Shown: piece by piece, positions 1 to 8,306 of the stretch
Layout: every line of letters starts with the position of its first letter
How positions within the stretch are numbered: position 1 is the stretch's first letter
Assembly: GCA_040389125.1 (NCBI GenBank)
Contig: JAZKAN010000004.1
Span: forward strand, 1-50,098
Direction: 5' to 3'
DNA from: Patescibacteria group bacterium
GTDB lineage: Bacteria > Patescibacteriota > Minisyncoccia > Phycocordibacterales > DATDWN01
DNA: 50,098 nt
Made by a program: the position numbers and the translations under genes
Notes under the pieces: model-generated
Told to the model about the DNA's origin: nothing
What the model saw: the letters and a program-made list of their open reading frames with translations, nothing else
Databases searched by the model: none

Positions 1-864
1 CAGATTAACCTAGCGTGGGGAGCGAGTACAGATGCAGTGGGGGTTGTGGGGTACAGGGTGTTTAGAAATGGAAGTCAGATAGCTACTTCTACAGGGATTT
101 CGTATTCAGATACTGGGTTAATGCAAAATACAACATACGCATATGCTATTTCTGCATTTGATCTTGCTGGAAATGTTTCTGCACAATCTACATCTACTTC
201 AGCCACAACACTTGCTCCACAAAACAGTGCACCTGTTATAAACGTAGGAAATAATCAAACCATTGTATTACCAACATCCTCAGCTACTGTGACTAGTTCA
301 GCTACAGACGATGGTCTTCCAACTACGCCAGGAAGTCTGAGTTATGTATGGACACAAGTTTCTGGTCCTGTTAACACTACAATCAGTTCTCCAAATGCAA
401 CATCAACTCAAGTAGCTGGTCTAACATCGGTGGGTAATTACGTATTCCGAATTACCGTAACAGACGGTGACTTATCTGCATCTACAACTCAAACTATTAT
501 AGTAAATCCGGCACCAGATACCACTGCTCCCACAATTCAGTTTACTGCTCAAACGAGTACAAACCAGTCTATCGCGCTAGGATCTACAACAACGGTAAAT
601 GGTCTTTTGTCACTCAGTATCTCAGCAACTGACCCTTTGGTAACTGGACAAAATACTTCAGGATTGCAGTCTATCACTTTGACTCTAGATGGCGTTACTG
701 TAGCTACTTCTACTACTGGCAGCCTTGTATATTTACCAGATACAACCACACTTCTGAACAAGACTCACAATTTTGTGGCAAGTGCTAAAGATGTAGCTGG
801 AAATATTACTCTCTCTCAGACTCTACAACTAGGAGTGATAGGATTTTTGGCAGGTTGGCAGTAA
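1..864 (+). CDS. Secreted/cell-surface repeat protein, C-terminal part (FN3-like module followed by PKD/Ig-like modules); 5' end outside window
   Basis: Frame 1 is open from nt 1 (QINLAWGASTDAVGVVGY...) to the stop at 862-864. The pattern GYRVFRNG..I....SYSDTGL..NTTYAY.I.AFD.AGN.S is FN3-like. Thr/Ser-rich modules of about 90 aa follow (NSAPVINVGNNQTIVLP...YVWTQVSGP...), and a hairpin terminator comes after the stop. Confidence 0.7.
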   Translation, partial: QINLAWGASTDAVGVVGYRVFRNGSQIATSTGISYSDTGLMQNTTYAYAISAFDLAGNVSAQSTSTSATTLAPQNSAPVINVGNNQTIVLPTSSATVTSSATDDGLPTTPGSLSYVWTQVSGPVNTTISSPNATSTQVAGLTSVGNYVFRITVTDGDLSASTTQTIIVNPAPDTTAPTIQFTAQTSTNQSIALGSTTTVNGLLSLSISATDPLVTGQNTSGLQSITLTLDGVTVATSTTGSLVYLPDTTTLLNKTHNFVASAKDVAGNITLSQTLQLGVIGFLAGWQ

Positions 865-900
865 TACAGAAAATACACAAACTTCTGTTAATGTGCTCAA

Positions 901-927
901 AAAAGCCCTCAACCAAGGGCTTTTTTG
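901..927 (+). terminator. Rho-independent terminator
   Basis: Stem GCCCT(905-909)/AGGGC(916-920) within aaaagccct...agggctttttt, followed by T6 at 921-926. Confidence 0.6.
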
Positions 928-932
928 GTGTA

Positions 933-961
933 TTGACTTTTACATATAAATATGATAAGAT
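933..961 (+). promoter_or_regulatory. Sigma70-type promoter TTGACT-17-TAAGAT
   Basis: TTGACT at 933-938, an exact 17-nt spacer, TAAGAT at 956-961. It lies about 75 nt upstream of the ATG at 1036, which is preceded by AAGGAG. Confidence 0.5.
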
Positions 962-1035
962 TGTAATAGATCGACTTGTGGAACGGACTGGGCCAGTAAC
1001 CCTACCTAATCCCGAGCGATAGAAGGAGAAATACA

Positions 1036-1884
1036 ATGTCAGTCAATTTGTACCTCAACAACAAGGTTCGTGAACTTGAAGGTTTCAAGAGTGAGCGTTA
1101 CTCAGATAACTCTGGGGATAAGATTACTTTCAACGGCGTACAAGTTTTCGGCGAAAAAGGACGCCTCTATCTCATGTGGAGCGAGGACTCTCCTGTTCCC
1201 GATGAACTCAAAGATTTGGTGGAGGAAATTTCGTGCTACGAGACAATTCCCCAGATGGGTCGCAGAGAATCCGGAATCTATCGGCACGAGAGCGCGAAGT
1301 GTGAACTCACACCGGAAGACTACGGAAACGCCAAGCGCGAAAAGCCGATGTACAAACTCAAGATCATCGCTACGAAGTTGGAAGACATCAAGGCGATCCT
1401 GCACAAGGTGAAAACCGGCGCGATTCGTCCCGAGGAGAGTTACGAGGGACCGCAAAGTGGTAAGTCTCGACGAGAACTGGAAAATGATTCCGTTCATCTG
1501 GAACAAACTCTCGAGCTTCTTCGCTCAGCAACGGCTGAGCAGGCTCGATTGATGCGCACTTTCGATGCGGTTGCTGTTCAACATGACCAACTTCTCAACA
1601 AATTTACTTCATTGGATATTGAAGCTGGTCGACTGACTCGTGAACTCGAAGAGCGAACGCGGGAGCGTGAAGGTGCGTGTGCTATGGTCGCTGAGCTACA
1701 GGATGGGTTGAAACTTTCTGAGGCGACATTCCATATGCATCAACAGGATTTCACTAACGCATGTAAGAAATACGTTCGCATGCGTCAATTGGCCAGAGGT
1801 CTCGAGAATCAATTTCTCCTACCCTGGATCAGCAGATCAAAGGTTGCAAAACAGATCGACGCAATTCTCGATGACACCAAGTAG
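1036..1884 (+). CDS. Hypothetical protein with coiled-coil C-terminal half; compositionally richer in G+C than its neighbours
   Basis: ATG is preceded by the AAGGAG RBS. The 282-aa ORF has its own promoter and terminator. The C-terminal half is rich in heptad-like E/R/L segments. I recognise no family motif. Confidence 0.6.
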   Translation: MSVNLYLNNKVRELEGFKSERYSDNSGDKITFNGVQVFGEKGRLYLMWSEDSPVPDELKDLVEEISCYETIPQMGRRESGIYRHESAKCELTPEDYGNAKREKPMYKLKIIATKLEDIKAILHKVKTGAIRPEESYEGPQSGKSRRELENDSVHLEQTLELLRSATAEQARLMRTFDAVAVQHDQLLNKFTSLDIEAGRLTRELEERTREREGACAMVAELQDGLKLSEATFHMHQQDFTNACKKYVRMRQLARGLENQFLLPWISRSKVAKQIDAILDDTK

Positions 1885-1905
1885 TTATTCCCCCGCACCA
1901 GACAA

Positions 1906-1936
1906 GGCCCCGTGCCTGTTTGGACGGGGTTTTTGT
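1906..1936 (+). terminator. Rho-independent terminator
   Basis: Stem CCCCGT(1908-1913)/ACGGGG(1924-1929) followed by TTTTT. Confidence 0.6.
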
Positions 1937-1975
1937 TATCTAAAAAATACATGCAAAATATGCTATTCTGTAGTC

Positions 1976-4900
1976 ATGAAAGCCACCTCAAAATCAACAG
2001 AAAAATCCCAAAAAAATACACGCAAATTTGACGAGCGATATGCCAAACTCAATCCCGAGCAGAAAACTGCTGTGGATACTGTCGAGGGTCCAGTGCTTGT
2101 TATCGCGGGACCGGGGTCTGGCAAAACGGAGATTCTTTCGATGCGTGTTGCAAATATTTTAAAACAAACAGACACATCTCCTGGTTCTATTTTGTGCCTC
2201 ACATTTACAGAGTCTGCATCACTCAACATGCGTGAGCGACTCTCGAGACTTATTGGCAAGGATGCGTATCGAGTGGGGATTTATACATTTCATGGATTTT
2301 GTACGGATATTATTTCCAGGTTCCCAGAATATTTTTTTGGACATGCGGATTTCCATCCTGCAGATGACGTGACTCGTATGGAAATTCTGTCGGATTTATT
2401 TCGAGAAATGTCATATGACAACCCGCTTCGATCCGAGCATCCGGATCAGGGATTTGTATTTCTCAAATCTAGCCTCGGTTCTATCTCGGATTTAAAACGT
2501 GCGGGCATTACACCAGATGAATTCTCGGAAATCTTGAAACATAATGAAGAGGTGATCAAATGCGTCCAGCCACTCCTCACAACTCATCTACCAGAGCGAC
2601 TCTCGAAAAAAGAAATACCGGCAGTGAGAACTCTGTATGAAAAAATACAACACATTTCATGTCCAGAGTCGCCACTTCCACACATTCGATCATATAAAGA
2701 TGTATTTGCTGAAACACTCCTCGTTGCAATACACGAATCAGAGCAAAGGGAATCCTCTGCGCCACTATCGGAATGGAAAAAATCTCATATTGTAAAGGAT
2801 GAGACCGGACAGTTTACAATCCGCGATACAGAACGAATGGGTAAAATGCAGGCTCTTGCTGATCTGTATCGTGCGTATCAGAAACACATGTACGACGAGG
2901 GGTATTTTGATTTCGACGATATGATTCTCGAGGTTATCAAGGCGCTGGAGGAACACCCGGAACTGGCTCTCGATTTACAGGAGAGGTTTCAGTACATACT
3001 GATTGACGAGTTTCAGGACACAAACGATGCCCAAATGCGACTGGTGCGACTACTGACCTCTGCACACATTCACGAGGGCAGGCCCAATATCATGGCGGTG
3101 GGTGATGACGACCAATCTATATATAAATTCCAGGGAGCAGAGATTGCCAACATACTTTTATTTACATCACAGTACACAAATCCTAAAATAGTAACACTCG
3201 GAAAAAATTATCGCTCGACCCAAGATATTTTGGATATTTCAGAGTCTGTTATTTCTCAGGGGACGCAGTCGCTCCGGGTGATCATGCCAGAAATTGAGAA
3301 AAAAATAATCGCATCAAACACAGATTTGCCCAAAGGCGAAATCCATTTGAAAACATTTGAAACAGAGCTCCATGAGTATGAGTTTGTTGCTCATGAAATT
3401 CAGAAACTGGTTTCAGGTGGTGTATCGCCGGATTCGATTGCGGTGATTTCGAGGAAACATGAAAGTCTGCTCGGACTCGTACCGTTTCTGTATGCGTATG
3501 AAATACCAGTCCACTATGAAAAAAGGCAAAATGTACTTGCAAATGATCTCGTTCGACAGCTCGTCACTATGGTACGGTTTGTCGCAACTGTTGTGTCTGG
3601 TAAATCAACCGAGGAGGATGAATACCTACCACAGATTCTCTCATTTCCATTTTGGAAACTCCCACGCAAAACGATTTGGGAGATTTCAATTGAGGCGCAT
3701 AGGCGGGGACCAAATTCATGGATAACTACTATGCAAAACCACAGCGATCCGTATGTGCGGAGTATCGCTGATTTCTTGCTCGACATTGCAACTAAATCCA
3801 ATTTCCTTCCACTCGAGCGGGTGCTCGATCTTCTCATCGGGAGCCAGGTACTCGTAGTGACGGATTCCGAATATGATGATGAGGGAACGGATGCGCTTGC
3901 AGAATCAGACGAAGGCGTCATGAAAAGTCCATTTCGAGAATATTATTTCAGTCTAGATAGTTTCAAACACAAAAAAACAGAATACATTGTTTTCCTTTCC
4001 GCACTCAAAACATTTATTGGTGCACTGCGTGAATACCGCCAGGGTCGAGTCCTGACTATTCGCGACCTCATATCATTTGTGGATGTGCATGAAAAAAATG
4101 GTATGGAATTGCTCGACCAAAGTCCGCATATAAGTAGTGAAAAGGCTGTCAATCTGGTAACTGCTCACAAGGCAAAGGGTCTCGAATACGATGTGGTGTT
4201 TGTATTGTCTGCAAATGATGAAATATGGAGTGGTAGGGGTATGCCAGATAAACTGAAATTTCCAATAAATATAAATGCTCGTCCGAGCGCGGATTCAATT
4301 GACGATAAAATCAGGCTTTTGTATGTAGCACTCACACGCGCAAAACACACACTGTATGTGACGCACTACGAACAGAGAGAAAATGGTAAAAAGTCACTAC
4401 CTGTCGAATTTCTGTCACCTGTACTAGATAGATTTGTTCGAGAAAATGAAAGTAGTAACTCCACAATCATTCATCCGCTCGAAACCAGCCTATCGAGTTT
4501 AGCTATGGGACCGTATGCTACTGACGAAATTTCAGTGCTCAAGGATTTAGTCAAATCATATCAAATGTCCGTCACTCATCTCAACAATTTTCTTGATGTT
4601 TCGCGAGGAGGCCCTGCCGTGTTTCTGGAGCAAAACCTCCTACGGTTTCCGCAGGCCAAAACTGTTTCCAATGTGTACGGTACCGCAATGCATTCTGCAC
4701 TTCAGTTTATGTATACCCACTTAAAACGCGAGACGGTGTTGCCTGAAACCGAGGATGTTTTGAAACATTTTGAGAAATCAATTCGCTCGGGAAACTTGCA
4801 TCCAACAGATGAACAGGTTCAGATTGCTCGTGGCAGAAACCTACTTACACTATATATAGAAAAGAATAGCAACGAATTTAACATTTTGGATAAAGTTGAA

Positions 4901-5371
4901 GTGGATTTCAAACACCAGGGTGTGACACTGGGTGACGGAGAAAAGGGGAATCAGGTTTGTATCACGGGTAAAATAGATACCATGTCTATTCGGGGTGATA
5001 CAATTTTTGTAACTGATTACAAAACCGGTAAACCGTTTGAATCGTGGGAGGGGGCGGATTCTCGCGAGAAAATAAAAATTATTTCAAACAAACGTCAGCT
5101 CATGTTCTACAAAATTTTGGTTGAGGGTTCAAGGGATTATTCTGAATATGTAGTAGAGCGGGGACAGTTGCAATTTCTCGAGCCAGTTCGAGGTGAGTTT
5201 CCTGCACTTGAATTACAGATTGATACACATGAAGTTGAAATTTTGAAACAACTGATTGAGGTTGTGTACTGCAAAATCGTCAACCTCGATTTCCCTGATA
5301 TAACAAAATACAGTCCAGATTACGCGGGGTGTATGGCGTTTGCAGAGGATTTGTTAAGTGGGGTGATTTAA
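1976..5371 (+). CDS. SF1 UvrD/PcrA-family DNA helicase fused to a C-terminal PD-(D/E)xK (RecB/Cas4-like) nuclease domain
   Basis: Helicase motifs: Walker A AGPGSGKTE, TFTESA, DEFQDTN, VGDDDQSIYKFQGA, KNYRST, TAHKAKGLEYD, VALTRAK. C-terminal nuclease motifs: GKIDT...VTDYKTGK...QLMFY. I place the start at ATG 1976 because the ORF-track start at 1844 lies inside the upstream gene and its terminator. Confidence 0.85.
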   Translation: MKATSKSTEKSQKNTRKFDERYAKLNPEQKTAVDTVEGPVLVIAGPGSGKTEILSMRVANILKQTDTSPGSILCLTFTESASLNMRERLSRLIGKDAYRVGIYTFHGFCTDIISRFPEYFFGHADFHPADDVTRMEILSDLFREMSYDNPLRSEHPDQGFVFLKSSLGSISDLKRAGITPDEFSEILKHNEEVIKCVQPLLTTHLPERLSKKEIPAVRTLYEKIQHISCPESPLPHIRSYKDVFAETLLVAIHESEQRESSAPLSEWKKSHIVKDETGQFTIRDTERMGKMQALADLYRAYQKHMYDEGYFDFDDMILEVIKALEEHPELALDLQERFQYILIDEFQDTNDAQMRLVRLLTSAHIHEGRPNIMAVGDDDQSIYKFQGAEIANILLFTSQYTNPKIVTLGKNYRSTQDILDISESVISQGTQSLRVIMPEIEKKIIASNTDLPKGEIHLKTFETELHEYEFVAHEIQKLVSGGVSPDSIAVISRKHESLLGLVPFLYAYEIPVHYEKRQNVLANDLVRQLVTMVRFVATVVSGKSTEEDEYLPQILSFPFWKLPRKTIWEISIEAHRRGPNSWITTMQNHSDPYVRSIADFLLDIATKSNFLPLERVLDLLIGSQVLVVTDSEYDDEGTDALAESDEGVMKSPFREYYFSLDSFKHKKTEYIVFLSALKTFIGALREYRQGRVLTIRDLISFVDVHEKNGMELLDQSPHISSEKAVNLVTAHKAKGLEYDVVFVLSANDEIWSGRGMPDKLKFPININARPSADSIDDKIRLLYVALTRAKHTLYVTHYEQRENGKKSLPVEFLSPVLDRFVRENESSNSTIIHPLETSLSSLAMGPYATDEISVLKDLVKSYQMSVTHLNNFLDVSRGGPAVFLEQNLLRFPQAKTVSNVYGTAMHSALQFMYTHLKRETVLPETEDVLKHFEKSIRSGNLHPTDEQVQIARGRNLLTLYIEKNSNEFNILDKVEVDFKHQGVTLGDGEKGNQVCITGKIDTMSIRGDTIFVTDYKTGKPFESWEGADSREKIKIISNKRQLMFYKILVEGSRDYSEYVVERGQLQFLEPVRGEFPALELQIDTHEVEILKQLIEVVYCKIVNLDFPDITKYSPDYAGCMAFAEDLLSGVI

Positions 5372-5390
5372 AATCACCCTAAAATTGCTC

Positions 5391-6089
5391 CTACTGCAAC
5401 ATCGCGTCAATGAGACTTTTCAAAGAGTCATATGACAGTGCGCCATCGATTGGAGTTTTCACGCCATCTCTCGTTACAAATATAGTATGTGGAGTTCCTT
5501 GTCCACCAGAGGCCATTGCGTCATCGTAGTCAGCTTGGATTTTGGACGCGTATTTTCCACTCGATAGGCAAGTATTAAATGCAGTTACATCTACACCAAC
5601 AGTTTTTGCAAATACGGGAAGTAGTTTGGGATCGAGTGTATCGTTTGAATCAGTTTTACTATAAATCATATTGAGATATTGCCAGAATTTTTCAGGACCA
5701 CCGAGTTCATTTACACATTCTGTTGCCTCAGCCTCTTTTGGTGCTCGCGAATGTAACTGTGCAATAGGAAAATGTCTGTAGACCCACGCAACTTTATTAT
5801 CTTTTCCGTATTCAGCCATTATTCTCTGGAGAGACTCGTGGAATATTTTGCAGTACGGACATTCTGTATCTGAGTACTCGACAATAACCACACGAGCGTC
5901 TGGATTTCCACGTATATGATCGGTTGCAGAAACTGGTCGGAGAGAGTTAGTGCCCTGTGTGGTCGGTACAGTGTTTGATTTCTGCGCAAGGATTTTAGCA
6001 GTTCGTATATTTGAAAAGTATAGAGAACCCGCGATGAGACCCGCAGCTACAACAATAGCGAGTGGAATACCAACTTTATTTATATCCAT
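5391..6089 (-). CDS. DsbA-like thiol:disulfide oxidoreductase (thioredoxin fold, membrane-anchored)
   Basis: CPYC active-site motif (SDTECPYCKIFH) and an N-terminal TM helix (IPLAIVVAAGLIAG). I place the start at MDINK (6089) because of the promoter geometry, but 6125 is possible. Confidence 0.75.
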   Translation of the reverse strand: MDINKVGIPLAIVVAAGLIAGSLYFSNIRTAKILAQKSNTVPTTQGTNSLRPVSATDHIRGNPDARVVIVEYSDTECPYCKIFHESLQRIMAEYGKDNKVAWVYRHFPIAQLHSRAPKEAEATECVNELGGPEKFWQYLNMIYSKTDSNDTLDPKLLPVFAKTVGVDVTAFNTCLSSGKYASKIQADYDDAMASGGQGTPHTIFVTRDGVKTPIDGALSYDSLKSLIDAMLQ

Positions 6090-6090
6090 G

Positions 6091-6125
6091 TGGTATAGTA
6101 TATCGCATGACACACCTCGTCGCAA
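6091..6125. promoter_or_regulatory. Back-to-back divergent promoters with overlapping -10 boxes (both genes apparently leaderless)
   Basis: Minus strand: TTGCGA(6125-6120), 17 nt, TATACT(6102-6097), 7 nt, ATG(6089). Plus strand: extended -10 TGgTATAGT(6091-6099), 7 nt, ATG(6107). Confidence 0.45.
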
Positions 6126-6910
6126 TTATACTCGGTTTTGTGGAAGGGCTGACGGAGTTCATTCCTGTTTCCTCGTCGGGACATCTTGTTATTGCGCGGC
6201 AGCTCCTCGACGCAAATAATGCGGGTGGGCTCGCGTTTGATGCAGTACTACAACTTGCAACATCGTGTGCACTGCTCCTGTATTTTTGGCGAGATATTTG
6301 GCGATTAAAACAGACTGCATGGATGTGGATTTGTCGAAAACCAATTGAACAAAAAGAAAAAACACTTTTGTGCGCAATAATTCTCGGCACAATCCCTGCG
6401 GTTATTTTTGGGCTACTACTTGAAAAGAAAATGGATACTGTGTTTCGCAATGTCCATCTCATTGCACTCACCCTGGTTCTGGGAAGTGTTTTGTTTTGGT
6501 ATGCACAGAGAAAATCAAAACAGTACGTAGAGAAAAAAGAACCGACACTCGGGCGGGGAATAGTGGTTGGATTTTTCCAATGCCTCGCCCTCGTTCCTGG
6601 CGTATCACGTTCGGGTGCGACAATTTCTGGGGGACTTATTTCTGGTTTGTCACAGGAGGAGGCTGTGCGGTTTAGTTTTCTCCTCTCACTGCCGATACTT
6701 TTTGGTGCAGGACTCAAGAAACTATTCGAAGTTCGCCACGAATTACTTTCAACCGGTTTTGGTTCCTCCCTCCTCCTTGGTTCTATTATGGCATTTATAA
6801 CAGGCTACATTGCAATCCGATTTTTGATGAAATATCTCAAAACACACGATCTCACTGTATTCATATGGTATAGAATTATTTTAGCCATTGTTATTCTATC
6901 TTTATTTTAA
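6107..6910 (+). CDS. uppP: Undecaprenyl-diphosphate phosphatase (BacA/UppP)
   Basis: GLTEFIPVSSSGHL and PGVSRSGATISGG signature motifs in a polytopic membrane protein. Start taken at MTHLVAII. Confidence 0.85.
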   Translation: MTHLVAIILGFVEGLTEFIPVSSSGHLVIARQLLDANNAGGLAFDAVLQLATSCALLLYFWRDIWRLKQTAWMWICRKPIEQKEKTLLCAIILGTIPAVIFGLLLEKKMDTVFRNVHLIALTLVLGSVLFWYAQRKSKQYVEKKEPTLGRGIVVGFFQCLALVPGVSRSGATISGGLISGLSQEEAVRFSFLLSLPILFGAGLKKLFEVRHELLSTGFGSSLLLGSIMAFITGYIAIRFLMKYLKTHDLTVFIWYRIILAIVILSLF

Positions 6911-6961
6911 GCCATATTTTAACTTTTCTAAAAAGAAAATTAAATTTTATGCAAAAAATGC

Positions 6962-6990
6962 TTGACTTTGTTTTTATACTGTGCTAGGAT
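6962..6990 (+). promoter_or_regulatory. Sigma70-type promoter TTGACT-17-TAGGAT(AAT) driving a non-coding unit
   Basis: TTGACT at 6962-6967, a 17-nt spacer, TAGGAT at 6985-6990. No ORF lies downstream. Confidence 0.5.
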
Positions 6991-6996
6991 AATACA

Positions 6997-7550
6997 CAGA
7001 AGTTAGCGCCTTTCAACAGCTCTCGTTGATTGGATCCCAGCCCTCACGGCCTAAAGGGACTAGCTTAATCCAACCGGTGTAAACAAGCGATCCGGGGAAT
7101 ATAAGAGAGACACTGGTTTTACAAGAGTAGAATCAGTGCAGATGCCAGCCGATGCAGAATCGGTTCTAGGAATAGGAAAGCTGTCGAGGGAGACGTGCGG
7201 TGTTGTAAGTTAACAGCCCGTCGCTACATCCGCCCAAGACCAAATAAACTTTCCTCATGTTCCAAAACTCACCTTTAGCGAGGGGAGAAGGATGTGCGGA
7301 GGTACCTCCGCTTTGCAGAAGCCGGTCCCGCGCCAAGATGGTGGGGCTATCGCAAGCCGGTGTACATTCCGGCGGCCATCGCGCCCGATTCGGGGCCGGC
7401 TCATTCGGTGCTGGGGGCGGATCAAAATTCGAGATCCGCCCACCAGATTCAAAACAGACAAAATGTGATATAATATGAGCTGCGGGGGTCGAGTACTACA
7501 CTTTGATTTCTTCACCTCAGACAGGCGGACCACACGGCCCGCCTTTTCTA
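6997..7550 (+). ncRNA. Unclassified structured RNA locus (~550 nt), locally GC-rich
   Basis: An 800-nt stretch has no credible ORF. A promoter lies upstream and a terminator hairpin (7523-7544 plus TTTT) closes it. The 7255-7450 core is very GC-rich in an AT-rich genome. Many nested helices are visible: 7305-7320 GCGGAGGTACCTCCGC, 7321-7329/7393-7401, 7337-7341/7376-7380 and 7411-7446. Confidence 0.5.
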
Positions 7551-7583
7551 TATCTAAAAATTTATTTTAACATTACCACTAAA

Positions 7584-7706
7584 CAAATCTCGTTGACCAA
7601 AGACTTTTTCAGCGCATCACGGAATGAGTGAATACATGAGTGCGAGGAAAAATCCTACCAAGGATTTATTCCGGCGATGAAAAAGTCTTTGGGATAAAGA
7701 GATTTG
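7584..7706. repeat. Imperfect 28-nt inverted repeat enclosing a ~66-nt structured loop
   Basis: Arm 7584-7611 is caaatctcgttgaccaaagactttttca. The reverse complement of arm 7678-7706 is caaatctctttatcccaaagactttttca. The loop holds nested hairpins (aaatcct..aggattt, cggaat..attccg). The element starts 6 nt after the stop of the minus-strand gene 7713-8294. Confidence 0.6.
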
Positions 7707-7712
7707 TGCGGT

Positions 7713-8294
7713 CTAGAATAATGATTGCGTCTTTATCTCCGCCACTGGTTCCCAATGTTTCGTATCTAGTTTGATTTCTTTTGTAAACGGACCTTCTTTA
7801 AATATCAGCTTTTTGTTCTTGACCGCATACTCATACACATCTTTTGTTATTTTCACATCATCCTTGCAATACTTTATTATTTTCTCCACCTCACCACTAC
7901 GCCACCAGGCGACTGCTTCGAGACCATTGCCACTTTTGTGTATTCCAAACGTACCCTCGGCAACTTGGTCGAGCTTCATACGCCTGCCGTACGAGTTTTT
8001 AATTTCTTTCAATATGTCCAGTGACCGGATTTTGGTCAGGTCTCCCATTCCAGCCTTTTTGTAATATTTATTCAGAAGAGGAATATCAAAATGATCGCCA
8101 TTGTATGTAATGAGTAAGTCAGCCTTGGCGAGAAGTGTCCATAGTCGTGGAAAATCCTCCTGCAAAAACGAGTCGTACACATTTGTATCATAGTCATATG
8201 TACAAACTACAGAGATATCGAGGTCAACTGGATCGTTTGATCCCACATCCTGAAATATATTTTTTGTTTCAATATCAAATACAATTTTTTTCAT
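7713..8294 (-). CDS. DEDD-type 3'-5' exonuclease (RNase H-like fold, PolB-exonuclease-like)
   Basis: Motifs FDIET, YNGDHFDIPLL and YCKDDV. The ATG at 8294 lies 12 nt after the hisS stop, so the two are probably co-transcribed. Confidence 0.7.
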   Translation of the reverse strand: MKKIVFDIETKNIFQDVGSNDPVDLDISVVCTYDYDTNVYDSFLQEDFPRLWTLLAKADLLITYNGDHFDIPLLNKYYKKAGMGDLTKIRSLDILKEIKNSYGRRMKLDQVAEGTFGIHKSGNGLEAVAWWRSGEVEKIIKYCKDDVKITKDVYEYAVKNKKLIFKEGPFTKEIKLDTKHWEPVAEIKTQSLF

Positions 8295-8306
8295 TTGCAA
8301 ATTGGT

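Noticed and set aside
1844-1975. The ORF track gives N-terminal extensions at 1844, 9695, 46711, 34326, 44404, 43678, 48286 and 12986.
   Set aside because: Each extension runs through an upstream gene, terminator hairpin or promoter/RBS module. The internal ATG/GTG I chose is preceded by an SD or by a -10 box at leaderless distance, and it restores the canonical family N-terminus where one is known.
7411-7446. The hairpin GGGGGCGGATC-aaaaTTCGA-GATCCGCCCACCA looks like a tRNA-like minihelix with a TTCGA loop and a 3' ACCA. GGGGGTCGAG lies 40 nt downstream, suggesting a (permuted) tmRNA.
   Set aside because: The ACCA is base-paired with the 5' CTGG of the same hairpin, and the loop is 9 nt rather than a 7-nt T-loop. 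I found no plausible tag reading frame ending in a hydrophobic A-rich peptide and no canonical 5' GGGG...UUCGAC segment. It is kept only as part of the unclassified RNA locus.
7255-7533. ORFs of 92 aa (minus strand) and 73 aa (plus strand) lie in the GC-rich block.
   Set aside because: They overlap each other on opposite strands, lack an RBS, and encode Arg/Gly/Pro-rich low-complexity peptides typical of GC-rich non-coding sequence. The region is bracketed by a promoter and terminator with dense secondary structure.
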